From Fastidiosibacter lacustris (lineage in GTDB: Bacteria > Pseudomonadota > Gammaproteobacteria > Francisellales > Francisellaceae), in NCBI RefSeq assembly GCF_003428155.1, contig NZ_QLIR01000010.1, forward strand, positions 1-32,000: 32,000 nucleotides of DNA. The letters run 5' to 3'. Positions within the stretch are counted from its first letter, which is position 1, and each line of letters starts with the position of its first letter. Both the position numbers and the translations under genes were made by a program. The notes under the pieces are model-generated. The model saw only the letters and a program-made list of their open reading frames with translations, had not been told where the DNA came from and did not search any database. Shown here one piece after another: positions 9,117 through 17,667 of this stretch.

Positions 9117-10163
9117 TTATACACCATTTGTCTTTAGCTCACGAATAACTAAAAAAACTAAAAATGGTGCTCCAAGTAACGCAGTGATAATACCAACTGG
9201 AATAATCATGGGATAAGCAATGCTTTGTGACAACCATTGACTGATCAACATCAAACTAGCACCACATAAAAAACTCGCTATAAGTAAGACTTTCATTTTA
9301 TTGGTTGATAGCAAAAACCTTGCAATATGGGGTGCCGCTAAACCTAAAAAAGCAATTGGACCTGCAATTGATACAATACAGGCAACTAAAAAAGCTAATG
9401 TAATTACTAACCAAACGAGTAAACGCTTAACGTCTACTCCCATTAACATCGCTTCAGTCTCTCCTAAACTTAACATATCAAAAGCCTGATGATTTTTGAT
9501 TGCAAAAGCAAAGAACACACAGCTAACTAAAATAAGTAACGTTAGCTGTAACCACGATACATTTAGAAAACCACCAAACTGCCATAAGGTTATTTGTTGC
9601 AAGGTTTCGGCACGGCTAAAACTCATAATAAGTGCTGTTAAAGCACTAAAAACAGCAGAAATTCCAACTCCTAGAAAAATGATAACAGTTATATTTGTTA
9701 AGCTCTTTTGAGTGAAAATTACCAACATAAATAATAATAGAACTAACATGGCACCAATAACACAAGCAGTTAGAAACAAAGCATAAGAGTAATAACTCAA
9801 ACGGCTGATGTAACTTGGTAGTATAAAAAGCAGCAAGAGCCCTACAAACTGGCTACCTGATAAGATACCTAAAATACTTACATCTGCAAGTGGATTTCTT
9901 AATACCACTTGTAAAACAGCTCCACTCATCCCAAGCGCACCACCAACTATAACAGCGGCACACCAAATAATAAGCTGATATTGCCAAAATATCTCTTTTG
10001 CTAACGCTATATCAATGACCTTTGTATTAAATAACCACCAACTAAGACTTAAAGTACTAAATAGTAACGATAATAAAATCGCTAATCCCCAATTAACCCA
10101 ATGTGACTTATTTTGATCAAAAGCTTGACACACCTTATTTACCCTCTCGCTAACTTTGTACAA
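9117..10163 (-). CDS. FecCD-family ABC transporter permease (iron-chelate/B12 type)
   Basis: 348 aa with about 9-10 TM segments. FecCD-like motifs LRNPLADVSILGILSGS and IAGPIAFLGLAAPHIARFL. Apparent TTG start. Confidence 0.8.
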   Translation of the reverse strand: MYKVSERVNKVCQAFDQNKSHWVNWGLAILLSLLFSTLSLSWWLFNTKVIDIALAKEIFWQYQLIIWCAAVIVGGALGMSGAVLQVVLRNPLADVSILGILSGSQFVGLLLLFILPSYISRLSYYSYALFLTACVIGAMLVLLLFMLVIFTQKSLTNITVIIFLGVGISAVFSALTALIMSFSRAETLQQITLWQFGGFLNVSWLQLTLLILVSCVFFAFAIKNHQAFDMLSLGETEAMLMGVDVKRLLVWLVITLAFLVACIVSIAGPIAFLGLAAPHIARFLLSTNKMKVLLIASFLCGASLMLISQWLSQSIAYPMIIPVGIITALLGAPFLVFLVIRELKTNGV

Positions 10164-10178
10164 ATATCATCAATTATC

Positions 10179-10207
10179 TTGATAATTGGTATAAGATTCG
10201 TTATAAA
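10179..10207 (+). promoter_or_regulatory. Possible min operon promoter (TTGATA-N17-TATAAA)
   Basis: Hexamers at 10179-10184 and 10202-10207, about 55 nt upstream of the minC ATG. Such matches are common in AT-rich DNA. Confidence 0.3.
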
Positions 10208-10261
10208 ATCGATACGTTTTATCATAGTGACTATTATTTTAATTTAACAAGGATAAAAACC

Positions 10262-10945
10262 ATGCCTGCAACTTTTCAAATCAAGGGAAGTCTTTTTACG
10301 CTTAGTGTTTTGCAAATACTCAGTACCGATCTTGATGAAATTGAAAAACAGATTACGACAAAAATAAAACAGGCACCACAATTTTTTAACAATACGCCCA
10401 TGGTCATTGAGCTAACTGCTTTACCACAAACTGTAAAACTTGAGTTTATTCAATCCTTAACCGATATGCTCAAAAAACACACACTTCTGCCAGTTGGATT
10501 TAGGTTGCCAGATAATACACTTAATGAAGCCCTGCAAGCATATGGCTTTCCTGTTTTTAAAGAAGGAAAAAATGTCCCTGCTCCGATTGTTTCAGCCAAT
10601 AAATCCCATGTACTACAGCATAAAATCGTTGAGACAAGAATTCGATCAGGTCAGCAAGTGATCTCTCAAAACGGTGATTTAATCGTCTTATCCTCGGTGA
10701 GCCCTGGTGCTGAGTTGCTAGCTAGTGGTAATATTCACGTTTATGGTACATTACGGGGACGTGCAATTGCAGGCTTAGAAGGAAATACCAATGCGCGTAT
10801 CTTTTGTCACAAATTAGAAGCAGATCTTGTTTCTATAGCAGGGCAATATAAAATATTTGAGGAACCGGTTGCGCCCCTTAATAACAATAATAATGGCTAT
10901 CAAATCCAGTTAAAAGACGGTACAATCATGGTCAGCCAGATTTAG
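10262..10945 (+). CDS. minC: Septum site-determining protein MinC
   Basis: 227 aa. The C-terminal domain RSGQQV...SPGAELLASGNIHVYGTLRGRAIAG...IFCHKLEADLVSIAGQY is colinear with E. coli MinC. Confidence 0.88.
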   Translation: MPATFQIKGSLFTLSVLQILSTDLDEIEKQITTKIKQAPQFFNNTPMVIELTALPQTVKLEFIQSLTDMLKKHTLLPVGFRLPDNTLNEALQAYGFPVFKEGKNVPAPIVSANKSHVLQHKIVETRIRSGQQVISQNGDLIVLSSVSPGAELLASGNIHVYGTLRGRAIAGLEGNTNARIFCHKLEADLVSIAGQYKIFEEPVAPLNNNNNGYQIQLKDGTIMVSQI

Positions 10946-10995
10946 AAGATGGGTCTTCCCAAATCAAAGTGTAATTGAATCAAGGATTAAATATT

Positions 10996-11859
10996 GTGAG
11001 CAAAGAATCCAAACAAACGGGCATAAAAGAAACAAAAGATAAAAAGCGCGCCACTACTGTTGTTATCACCTCTGGTAAAGGTGGTGTCGGCAAAACTACA
11101 ACAAGTGCAGCAATTTCATTAGGACTCGCAATGAAAGGCTTTAAAACAGTCGTAATCGACTTTGACGTTGGACTACGCAATTTAGATCTTGTTATGGGGT
11201 GTGAGCGCCGAGTAGTTTACGATTTAATTAGCCTTATCAATAAAGAATCTAATATTAATCAAACCTTGATTAAGGATAAGCGCTCAGAGAATTTATTTAT
11301 ATTACCTGCTTCACAAACGCGAGACAAAGATGCCTTGACTGAGTCAGGGCTGGAAGAAATCATGAATGAGTTACATGAAACATTTGATTACGTTATTTGT
11401 GATTCACCCGCAGGTATTGAAAAAGGTGCATTAATGGCTATGTACTATGCTGATAAGGCGATCGTTGTCACAAATCCAGAGGTTTCTTCAGTGCGTGACT
11501 CAGATCGAATTATTGGTGTACTTGCCAGTAAAACCAAAAAAGCCAAAGAAAAAGGGGAATCTGTTGAAGCAAAGCTTTTGATCACACGCTATGATCCTCA
11601 ACGTGTAAGTCAAGGCGAAATGTTATCACTTGATGACGTTAAAGATGTGTTATCAATTCCATTACTTGGCGTAATCCCTGAGTCTAAAACTGTGCTTCAA
11701 GCTTCTAATTCTGGAGTACCTGTCACTGCTTATCAAGACAGTGAAGCAGGTCAAGCTTACTTAGATGCCATTGATCGTTTTTTGGGTCACGACAAACCAC
11801 TTCGCTTTATTACTCCTGAAAAGCAAAACTTTTTAAAGCGTTTATTTGGAGGAAAATAA
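10996..11859 (+). CDS. minD: Septum site-determining ATPase MinD (with a Lys-rich N-terminal extension)
   Basis: Deviant Walker A ITSGKGGVGKTT, plus DSPAGIE and a C-terminal amphipathic tail KQNFLKRLFGGK. I prefer the GTG at 10996 (AAGGA about 9 nt upstream) over the track's TTG at 10975. Either start gives an extension of about 20 aa or more. Confidence 0.9.
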   Translation: MSKESKQTGIKETKDKKRATTVVITSGKGGVGKTTTSAAISLGLAMKGFKTVVIDFDVGLRNLDLVMGCERRVVYDLISLINKESNINQTLIKDKRSENLFILPASQTRDKDALTESGLEEIMNELHETFDYVICDSPAGIEKGALMAMYYADKAIVVTNPEVSSVRDSDRIIGVLASKTKKAKEKGESVEAKLLITRYDPQRVSQGEMLSLDDVKDVLSIPLLGVIPESKTVLQASNSGVPVTAYQDSEAGQAYLDAIDRFLGHDKPLRFITPEKQNFLKRLFGGK

Positions 11860-11860
11860 C

Positions 11861-12160
11861 ATGGGGTTTTTAAATTATTTCAAAAATAAGCGCGTTGAAA
11901 AAAATAGCGCACATATTGCCAAAGAGCGCCTACAAATTATTGTTGCCCACCAACGCAATGAGCTAAGTGGTAAAAGCAATAAACCCGCATTCATTACCAA
12001 ACTTCAAGAGGAAATTCTGGAAGTGCTCAAAAAGTATGTTCATGTTGACCCCAAAGACATCAAAATTGAGGTCGATGATCAAGGGGATTGCTCAGTACTG
12101 GAATTAAACGTTACTATTCCTGAAGAAAGCAAACAGTTGAAACAGCAAATAAACACATAA
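11861..12160 (+). CDS. minE: Cell division topological specificity factor MinE
   Basis: The ATG at 11861 gives MGFLNYFKNKR...AKERLQIIVAHQR, which matches E. coli MinE. The track start at 11846 overlaps minD and adds non-conserved residues. Confidence 0.9.
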   Translation: MGFLNYFKNKRVEKNSAHIAKERLQIIVAHQRNELSGKSNKPAFITKLQEEILEVLKKYVHVDPKDIKIEVDDQGDCSVLELNVTIPEESKQLKQQINT

Positions 12161-12960
12161 TGTCAACTCATCAAAACTACGCCGTTTCTTTTGAGCACGT
12201 TTCTTTTTATCGCGGTGATAAATGTATTTATAAGGACTTATCGTGCACGATTCCAAAAGGTAAAATTACGGCTATACTTGGTCCATCTGGTACAGGAAAA
12301 ACAACACTTTTACATCTTATTGGACGATTAATAAAAGCCAATAGCGGTAACATCCAAGTTTTAAATCAAACTGTAAAAACCCTTAATAAAAAAGAACTGC
12401 TAGCGCTTCGTAAAAAAATGGGCGTTTTATTCCAATCAGGTGCTTTATTCACTCAGTTATCAGTTTTCGATAATGTGGCCTTCCCATTAAGACAAAACAG
12501 CAATTTAAGTGAGGATTTAATTCATAATCTAGTGCTTATGAAACTACAATCTGTTGGGTTAAGAGGAACAATTGATATGATGCCAAGCGAATTATCAGGC
12601 GGCATGGCAAGACGAGTGGCACTGGCACGCGCTATTGCACTTGATCCTGAGCTTATGTTATATGATGAACCATTTACTGGTCAGGATCCCATTTCCCTTA
12701 AGGTCATCCTCAGACTTATTAAAAGGTTAAATGATGCGCTTCGTATGACATCGGTCATTGTCTCACACGATATTGATGAAGTCATGAGTATTGCTGATCA
12801 TGTTATTATTGTTGCTAATCAGAAAGTTGCAATCGAAGGTTCGTCATTATCTATTCGTAATAGTAATGATCGTTTTGTATCACAATTCTTAACGGGTAAC
12901 ATCAATGGCCCTGTTGCCTTTGATTATCCTGCACCTGACTTCCTTGCAACGTTAAAATGA
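12160..12960 (+). CDS. mlaF: Phospholipid (Mla) ABC transporter ATP-binding protein
   Basis: 266 aa. Walker A GPSGTGKTT, signature LSGGMARRVALARA, Walker B LMLYDEP. Sits at the head of an mlaFEDCB gene order. The start overlaps the minE stop (TAATG). Confidence 0.88.
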   Translation: MSTHQNYAVSFEHVSFYRGDKCIYKDLSCTIPKGKITAILGPSGTGKTTLLHLIGRLIKANSGNIQVLNQTVKTLNKKELLALRKKMGVLFQSGALFTQLSVFDNVAFPLRQNSNLSEDLIHNLVLMKLQSVGLRGTIDMMPSELSGGMARRVALARAIALDPELMLYDEPFTGQDPISLKVILRLIKRLNDALRMTSVIVSHDIDEVMSIADHVIIVANQKVAIEGSSLSIRNSNDRFVSQFLTGNINGPVAFDYPAPDFLATLK

Positions 12961-12972
12961 TGGGAAAAAACT

Positions 12973-13743
12973 ATGCTTAAACTCATCCAAGCACTTGGTC
13001 GAACGTCTTTAAATATAACAGCAAAAATTGGGCAATCAATTTTACTTACAATTGAAATAATTTGTGGACGCAGCAATATTCGTAACATCATCACGCAAAC
13101 TTATTACGTTGGTGTAAGCTCTGTTTTAATTATCCTGGTTTCTGCCTTGTTTATCGGTTTTGTTTTAGGACTACAAGGTTTTTATACATTAGCAAAATTC
13201 AGTGCTGAATCTGCATTAGGTCCTATGGTTGCACTAAGTATTATTCGTGAGCTTGGTCCTGTCGTTACCGCCCTTTTATTTGCAGGACGCGCAGGTAGTG
13301 CATTGACATCTGAGGTTGGACTTATGAAAGCAACTGAACAATTAGCCAGTTTAAATATGATGGGTGTTGATCCTGTGCGTTTTGTGTTAACACCTAGATT
13401 TTGGGCATGTGTGATTAGTGTGCCCATTTTAAATCTATTTTTTTGTACAATCTCAATTTGGGGTGGCTACTTAATTGGTGTAAAACTACTTGGGCTTTTC
13501 AGCGGCACTTTTTGGAGCAATATGCAAGCATCTGTTTTATTTTACGATGATGTCTTAAATGGTATTGCAAAAAGTATTGTTTTTGGAGTCGCCATTGCAA
13601 TTGTCTCACTTTATCAAGGCTATGCTTGTCATGCCAATTCAGCTGGTATCGCTAAAGCTACGACAAAAACTGTTGTCTATTCCTCCTTAACAGTCTTAGG
13701 ATTAGACTTTTTAATGACTGTTCTTATGTTCAAAGGAGTTTAA
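12973..13743 (+). CDS. mlaE: Phospholipid ABC transporter permease MlaE
   Basis: 256 aa polytopic protein. MlaE-like motif IIRELGPVVTALLFAGRAGSALTSEVGLMK. Confidence 0.88.
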   Translation: MLKLIQALGRTSLNITAKIGQSILLTIEIICGRSNIRNIITQTYYVGVSSVLIILVSALFIGFVLGLQGFYTLAKFSAESALGPMVALSIIRELGPVVTALLFAGRAGSALTSEVGLMKATEQLASLNMMGVDPVRFVLTPRFWACVISVPILNLFFCTISIWGGYLIGVKLLGLFSGTFWSNMQASVLFYDDVLNGIAKSIVFGVAIAIVSLYQGYACHANSAGIAKATTKTVVYSSLTVLGLDFLMTVLMFKGV

Positions 13744-13747
13744 CAAG

Positions 13748-14245
13748 ATGTATAAAAAATCATACGAACTACTGGTTGGTATTTTTGTGCTGTGCGGCAT
13801 CATCACGCTTGTATTTATGGCGCTCAAAGTCAGTGGTTTATCTTTGACAGAACTTAATAAGAATGTTTATAGAATTAATGCTCAGTTTCAAAATATAGGC
13901 AGTTTAAGGTCAGGTGCTGCTGTACGGATTGCTGGAGTCGAAATTGGCAAAGTCGAATCAATTAGCCTTAAACCTAGCTATAGCGGATTTATCGCCAATG
14001 TAATACTAAGCATTAATAAACAACACAATCAAATTCCAAGTAGTTATTCTGCTTCAATTGATACCAGTGGGATATTAGGTGAGAGTTTTATTTCACTCCA
14101 ACCTTCTCAGCTTGATTTACCAGATTTTTATGAAAGTAAATATCTACAAAACGGTAGCACAATAGAATTGTCTAATACTTCATCAGCCATTAATCTAAAC
14201 TCATTGATTAACACCTTTATTTCAGCTTCAGGAGATAAAAAATAA
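13748..14245 (+). CDS. mlaD: Phospholipid ABC transporter substrate-binding MCE protein MlaD
   Basis: 165 aa. N-terminal TM plus an MCE domain: Y.I.A.F.NIGSLRSGAAVRIAGVEIGKVESISL, then IDTSGILGESFISL. Colinear with E. coli MlaD. Confidence 0.88.
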   Translation: MYKKSYELLVGIFVLCGIITLVFMALKVSGLSLTELNKNVYRINAQFQNIGSLRSGAAVRIAGVEIGKVESISLKPSYSGFIANVILSINKQHNQIPSSYSASIDTSGILGESFISLQPSQLDLPDFYESKYLQNGSTIELSNTSSAINLNSLINTFISASGDKK

Positions 14246-14931
14246 TGTTTAAAAAAAATATTTTTTTACTGTGCAGTACAATACTATTAATACACATTCA
14301 TCCTAGCTTTGCCAATCATATACCCTCAACAAATTCACAAGTAAATCAAATTCAAAATCCCGTTGACCTCCTTCAAAACTCGATTGTCAGCACTCAAAAA
14401 ATTTTGATTGACTCAAAGAACACACTAAGCCAAGATCCCGAAGCGCTAATCAAACTAATTGACAATAAGATCATACCATTGTTAGCCATAGATGTGATTG
14501 CGCAGCTTTTAATTGGACGCGAACGCTGGCAATCTGCAAGCAAAGAAGAGCAGCAACAATTTATCACTAAAATTACTCAAATGCTCGCTTATTCTTATGC
14601 TGAAAATATCGCTCAAGCTGAAAATTATGACATTCAAATTCTTCCATTTAGCAATGACTCTTGGCAAGGGCAACGCCTAATCATTGTAACAGGTAAAATT
14701 ATTAATTTGCAAAATCATGCCTCATCTGATTTATTAATTAAGTTGTTAAAGGTTAGCAATAAATCAAATAAAGAAGAAGATATACCTCAATGGAAGATCT
14801 ACGACCTATCCGTAGCAGGTGTCAGTATATTGGATAACTTTAGAGCACAATTTAAAGACCACAAAAATTTAAAAGATATTAACTTAGCAATAGAGAAAAA
14901 GAATAATGAGCTTATTGATAAAAAGTCCTGA
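14245..14931 (+). CDS. mlaC: Periplasmic phospholipid-binding protein MlaC (Ttg2D/toluene tolerance family)
   Basis: 228 aa with a signal peptide (LLCSTILLIHIHPSFA). Identified by position after mlaD (TAATG overlap) and by family-like length and composition. Confidence 0.75.
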   Translation: MFKKNIFLLCSTILLIHIHPSFANHIPSTNSQVNQIQNPVDLLQNSIVSTQKILIDSKNTLSQDPEALIKLIDNKIIPLLAIDVIAQLLIGRERWQSASKEEQQQFITKITQMLAYSYAENIAQAENYDIQILPFSNDSWQGQRLIIVTGKIINLQNHASSDLLIKLLKVSNKSNKEEDIPQWKIYDLSVAGVSILDNFRAQFKDHKNLKDINLAIEKKNNELIDKKS

Positions 14932-15220
14932 TAGTTGGCAACTATCAGGAATTCTAACTGTGACTAATGTTAGTGAAATTGAAAAAAAAATTACGTGCAC
15001 TTTTAAGAACTTTGTTTCCAATGTATTGATTATTGATCTAGCTAATATCACCCAGATTGACAGTGCAGGTATTGCATTACTTTTAAAAATTATCCATCTT
15101 TGTCGCAAAAAAAACATTAAACTTCTATTTAAGAATTTTATGCTTGAAAATGCACAATCACTCATTAAAGTCCATAATTTGGATAAATTATTCCAACCTT
15201 TTTTAGCACAACCTATATAA
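14906..15220 (+). CDS. mlaB: STAS-domain protein MlaB
   Basis: 104 aa. STAS-like segment IDLANITQIDSAGIALLLKIIHLCRKKNIKL. Fifth gene of the mla operon; 26-nt overlap with mlaC. Confidence 0.75.
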   Translation: MSLLIKSPDSWQLSGILTVTNVSEIEKKITCTFKNFVSNVLIIDLANITQIDSAGIALLLKIIHLCRKKNIKLLFKNFMLENAQSLIKVHNLDKLFQPFLAQPI

Positions 15221-15236
15221 ATTCAAGAGAGGCTTT

Positions 15237-15491
15237 ATGACTACCAATGAACTCAAAACATGTATCGAACAAAAACTTGGTCACAATACAATCGCAATCG
15301 TTGAAAGCGATGATAATGTCCATTTCAGTGCTACTATTATTAGCGAATTATTTAATACTGTATTAAGCAAAGTCAAACAGCAACAGATTGTTTATACTGC
15401 AATAGATCAATATATCAAATCAGGTGAATTGCATGCTATTGCTATGAAAACCTACACTCCAGAAAAATGGGCGCAAGCACAAAACACTTAA
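15237..15491 (+). CDS. ibaG: BolA-family protein IbaG (YrbA)
   Basis: 84 aa. HFSATIISELF...SKVKQQQIVYTAI...GELHAIAMKTYTPEKW is colinear with E. coli IbaG. Conserved position after mlaB. Confidence 0.85.
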   Translation: MTTNELKTCIEQKLGHNTIAIVESDDNVHFSATIISELFNTVLSKVKQQQIVYTAIDQYIKSGELHAIAMKTYTPEKWAQAQNT

Positions 15492-15515
15492 TTTAAACTA
15501 ATTTGGAGCCAATCT

Positions 15516-15950
15516 ATGTCAAAAGTTACGTGGTCTATTCCAGTTATTGTCATGATGATCTTCACGATCATCAGCGTGCTCATTACCATATTTAGCAGAG
15601 TACAAGCATTACGCAAAAATCAAATTCCCATGAATGATTTTCGGACAATGGACTTTTGCAAAAAAGAAAATCCGTGGCTTGAAATTACATCCAGACACTT
15701 AGATAATCTATTTCAAATGCCTATTCTGTTTTACATTTGCTTTATTATTATCATGACTAACGCTGAGCTTATGCAAATTACTTACTTTCTTGTGTTAGGG
15801 TGGTTATTTGTTTCCTTTCGGATTATCAACTCAATCATCCATCTGACTATTAACGACTTAAGTCTCAGATTGTTTTCGTTTTTGTTATCACTAGCATTCT
15901 TATTCACCATGATTGTAATGCTGTTTATTGAGTTATTAAAAACAAATTAA
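15516..15950 (+). CDS. MAPEG-family-like small membrane protein
   Basis: 144 aa with 4 TM segments. RHLDNLFQMPILFY resembles the MAPEG H/R..N..E..P.F motif, with Q in place of E. Confidence 0.5.
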   Translation: MSKVTWSIPVIVMMIFTIISVLITIFSRVQALRKNQIPMNDFRTMDFCKKENPWLEITSRHLDNLFQMPILFYICFIIIMTNAELMQITYFLVLGWLFVSFRIINSIIHLTINDLSLRLFSFLLSLAFLFTMIVMLFIELLKTN

Positions 15951-16273
15951 TTTCTAGTATCAATTTTAAAATATTGATGGTCAATTGACCACGAACGATA
16001 CAATACATTATAAGTATTAACTGATACTGCATTTAAACTCGATTGGTATAAAGTCTCATAGGCTTTGGCTGAACTTATTTCAGTAGGTCCTAATAATTCA
16101 ATGTTGTATTTTCGGCACCACTTTCTGACTGTTGTACTTTTAAAGCCAAAACGACCTGCTACATCTTCATAGCTTAAACCCTCTGCTGAATAATCTCTTA
16201 ACACATCTTCTGCTGAGCGACCATATTTTCTAGATAAAATAATCTCAAAACTTTGTGAATATTGATTTGCCAT
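15947..16273 (-). CDS. Small helix-turn-helix protein of unknown function
   Basis: I prefer the ATG at 16273 (AGGAG about 9 nt upstream; 108 aa) over the track's TTG at 16327. Putative HTH: LSYEDVAGRFGFKSTTVRKWCRKYNI. The 3' end overlaps the convergent MAPEG-like gene by 4 nt. Confidence 0.45.
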   Translation of the reverse strand: MANQYSQSFEIILSRKYGRSAEDVLRDYSAEGLSYEDVAGRFGFKSTTVRKWCRKYNIELLGPTEISSAKAYETLYQSSLNAVSVNTYNVLYRSWSIDHQYFKIDTRN

Positions 16274-16451
16274 AGCGTTAATTCTCCTACTTCCTTCATA
16301 AACATCATATCCATCAATTTGATTCAAAACTAACTTAATAATTTCTTGGATGTTTAAAATTCACTATCGTAATCTAACTTTGCGTTAATTTAACTTTAAT
16401 CTTTTATAAATATCTAAAGCCCTGCCATTCGTCAAGCACTTCCGTTTTTTC

Positions 16452-17369
16452 TTAGCAATTTAATTGATTTTTGTTCAATAAACACACAATTCCAATAATG
16501 CCTGACTTATTACCAAATCTCGCTGGTAAGATTTTAGTTTGTCGATATATATCTAAAACATATGACTGAAAACTCACTTCAACTCTCTTAATCAAAGCTT
16601 TATCCTCAGAAATTGCACCACCAATAATAATGGCTTGTGGAGCTAACACATGTGTTAATGATGCAAGCCCAGGAACAAGCTGATTAAGATAGGCATTCAA
16701 GGTTTTTTCAGCCAGATCGTCTGCTTTTGCAAGTTGTTGTTTAAACATAAGGTAAGTTGCTTTATCATTATGTACCGCATCGCAATATAATTTTAGTAAT
16801 GCTTTTGCAGAAGCATATGACTCCCAGGCACCTTTAATCAAACTATTTTTATTTTCTTCATTAAGTTTTGTAATAATATAACCTACCTCACCTGCTGCAT
16901 TATTTTGTCCACGATATAACTGCCCATTTAGTATAAGCGCTCCACCAATGCTCGTTCCCAATGTAATAAATATGTAATCTTTAAAGCCATTCTTTCCAAA
17001 AGCAAGCTCACTTAATGCAGCAGCTTTAACATCATTTTCCATCACAACAGGTAAATGTGTAAGCGCCGTTAAAGCTGATACTAAAGGATAATTAACAAGA
17101 GACTTGACATAATTCGAACCATAACTAATACAACCACGTTTCATATCAACAACACCATGTGTGGAAATCCCTATTCCCTTTATTGAATAATTTGCTTTTT
17201 GCATATTGTATATTTCAACAAATCGGGAAATAAGTGACTCTGGTGAGTGTATTTCTCCAGTTTGATATTGGTCAAAGTATAAAACTCTACCGTTATTGGT
17301 TATGATACCATATTTGGTATAACTTCCCCCTAAGTCGAAACATAAATAGCACAGTTTTTTTGATTCCAT
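16452..17369 (-). CDS. ROK-family sugar kinase (no N-terminal HTH; zinc-ligand motif absent)
   Basis: 305 aa. Motifs CFDLGGSYTKYGII, ENDVKAAALSE and LGTSIGGALILNGQLYRGQNNAAGEVGY. The usual GH...CxCGxxGCxE zinc site is replaced (GY, no Cys cluster). Confidence 0.8.
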   Translation of the reverse strand: MESKKLCYLCFDLGGSYTKYGIITNNGRVLYFDQYQTGEIHSPESLISRFVEIYNMQKANYSIKGIGISTHGVVDMKRGCISYGSNYVKSLVNYPLVSALTALTHLPVVMENDVKAAALSELAFGKNGFKDYIFITLGTSIGGALILNGQLYRGQNNAAGEVGYIITKLNEENKNSLIKGAWESYASAKALLKLYCDAVHNDKATYLMFKQQLAKADDLAEKTLNAYLNQLVPGLASLTHVLAPQAIIIGGAISEDKALIKRVEVSFQSYVLDIYRQTKILPARFGNKSGIIGIVCLLNKNQLNC

Positions 17370-17540
17370 AATTTCCTTTAATTTTCTTTCAAAGAATATG
17401 TAATATCATGCGTGTCATATTGACTAAAGTACATTGCACCCGCAATAGATTCTTCCCTTATTTAACATAAAAATGCTACTCCTTGTTAAGGATAATCATT
17501 TTAAAACATCATCTTTTTACATAAAACAAAAACAACAACA

Positions 17541-17569
17541 TTGAAAATTTAGTCCTAATCCATTAGAAT
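17541..17569 (+). promoter_or_regulatory. Likely rpsA promoter (TTGAAA-N17-TAGAAT) followed by a structured leader of about 95 nt
   Basis: Hexamers at 17541-17546 and 17564-17569. The leader contains the hairpin CCAGTG(17604-17609)...CACTGG(17637-17642) with an inner GAAT/ATTC stem. Only a weak SD (GGAA) precedes the ATG, as in the E. coli rpsA leader. Confidence 0.45.
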
Positions 17570-17667
17570 CTGTCCACCTTTTTGGCTGGGTTTATGCAAA
17601 TTACCAGTGAATGCGTAAATTCAATGTATAACTAACCACTGGCTTAAGACATATTTGGAAATAAACC

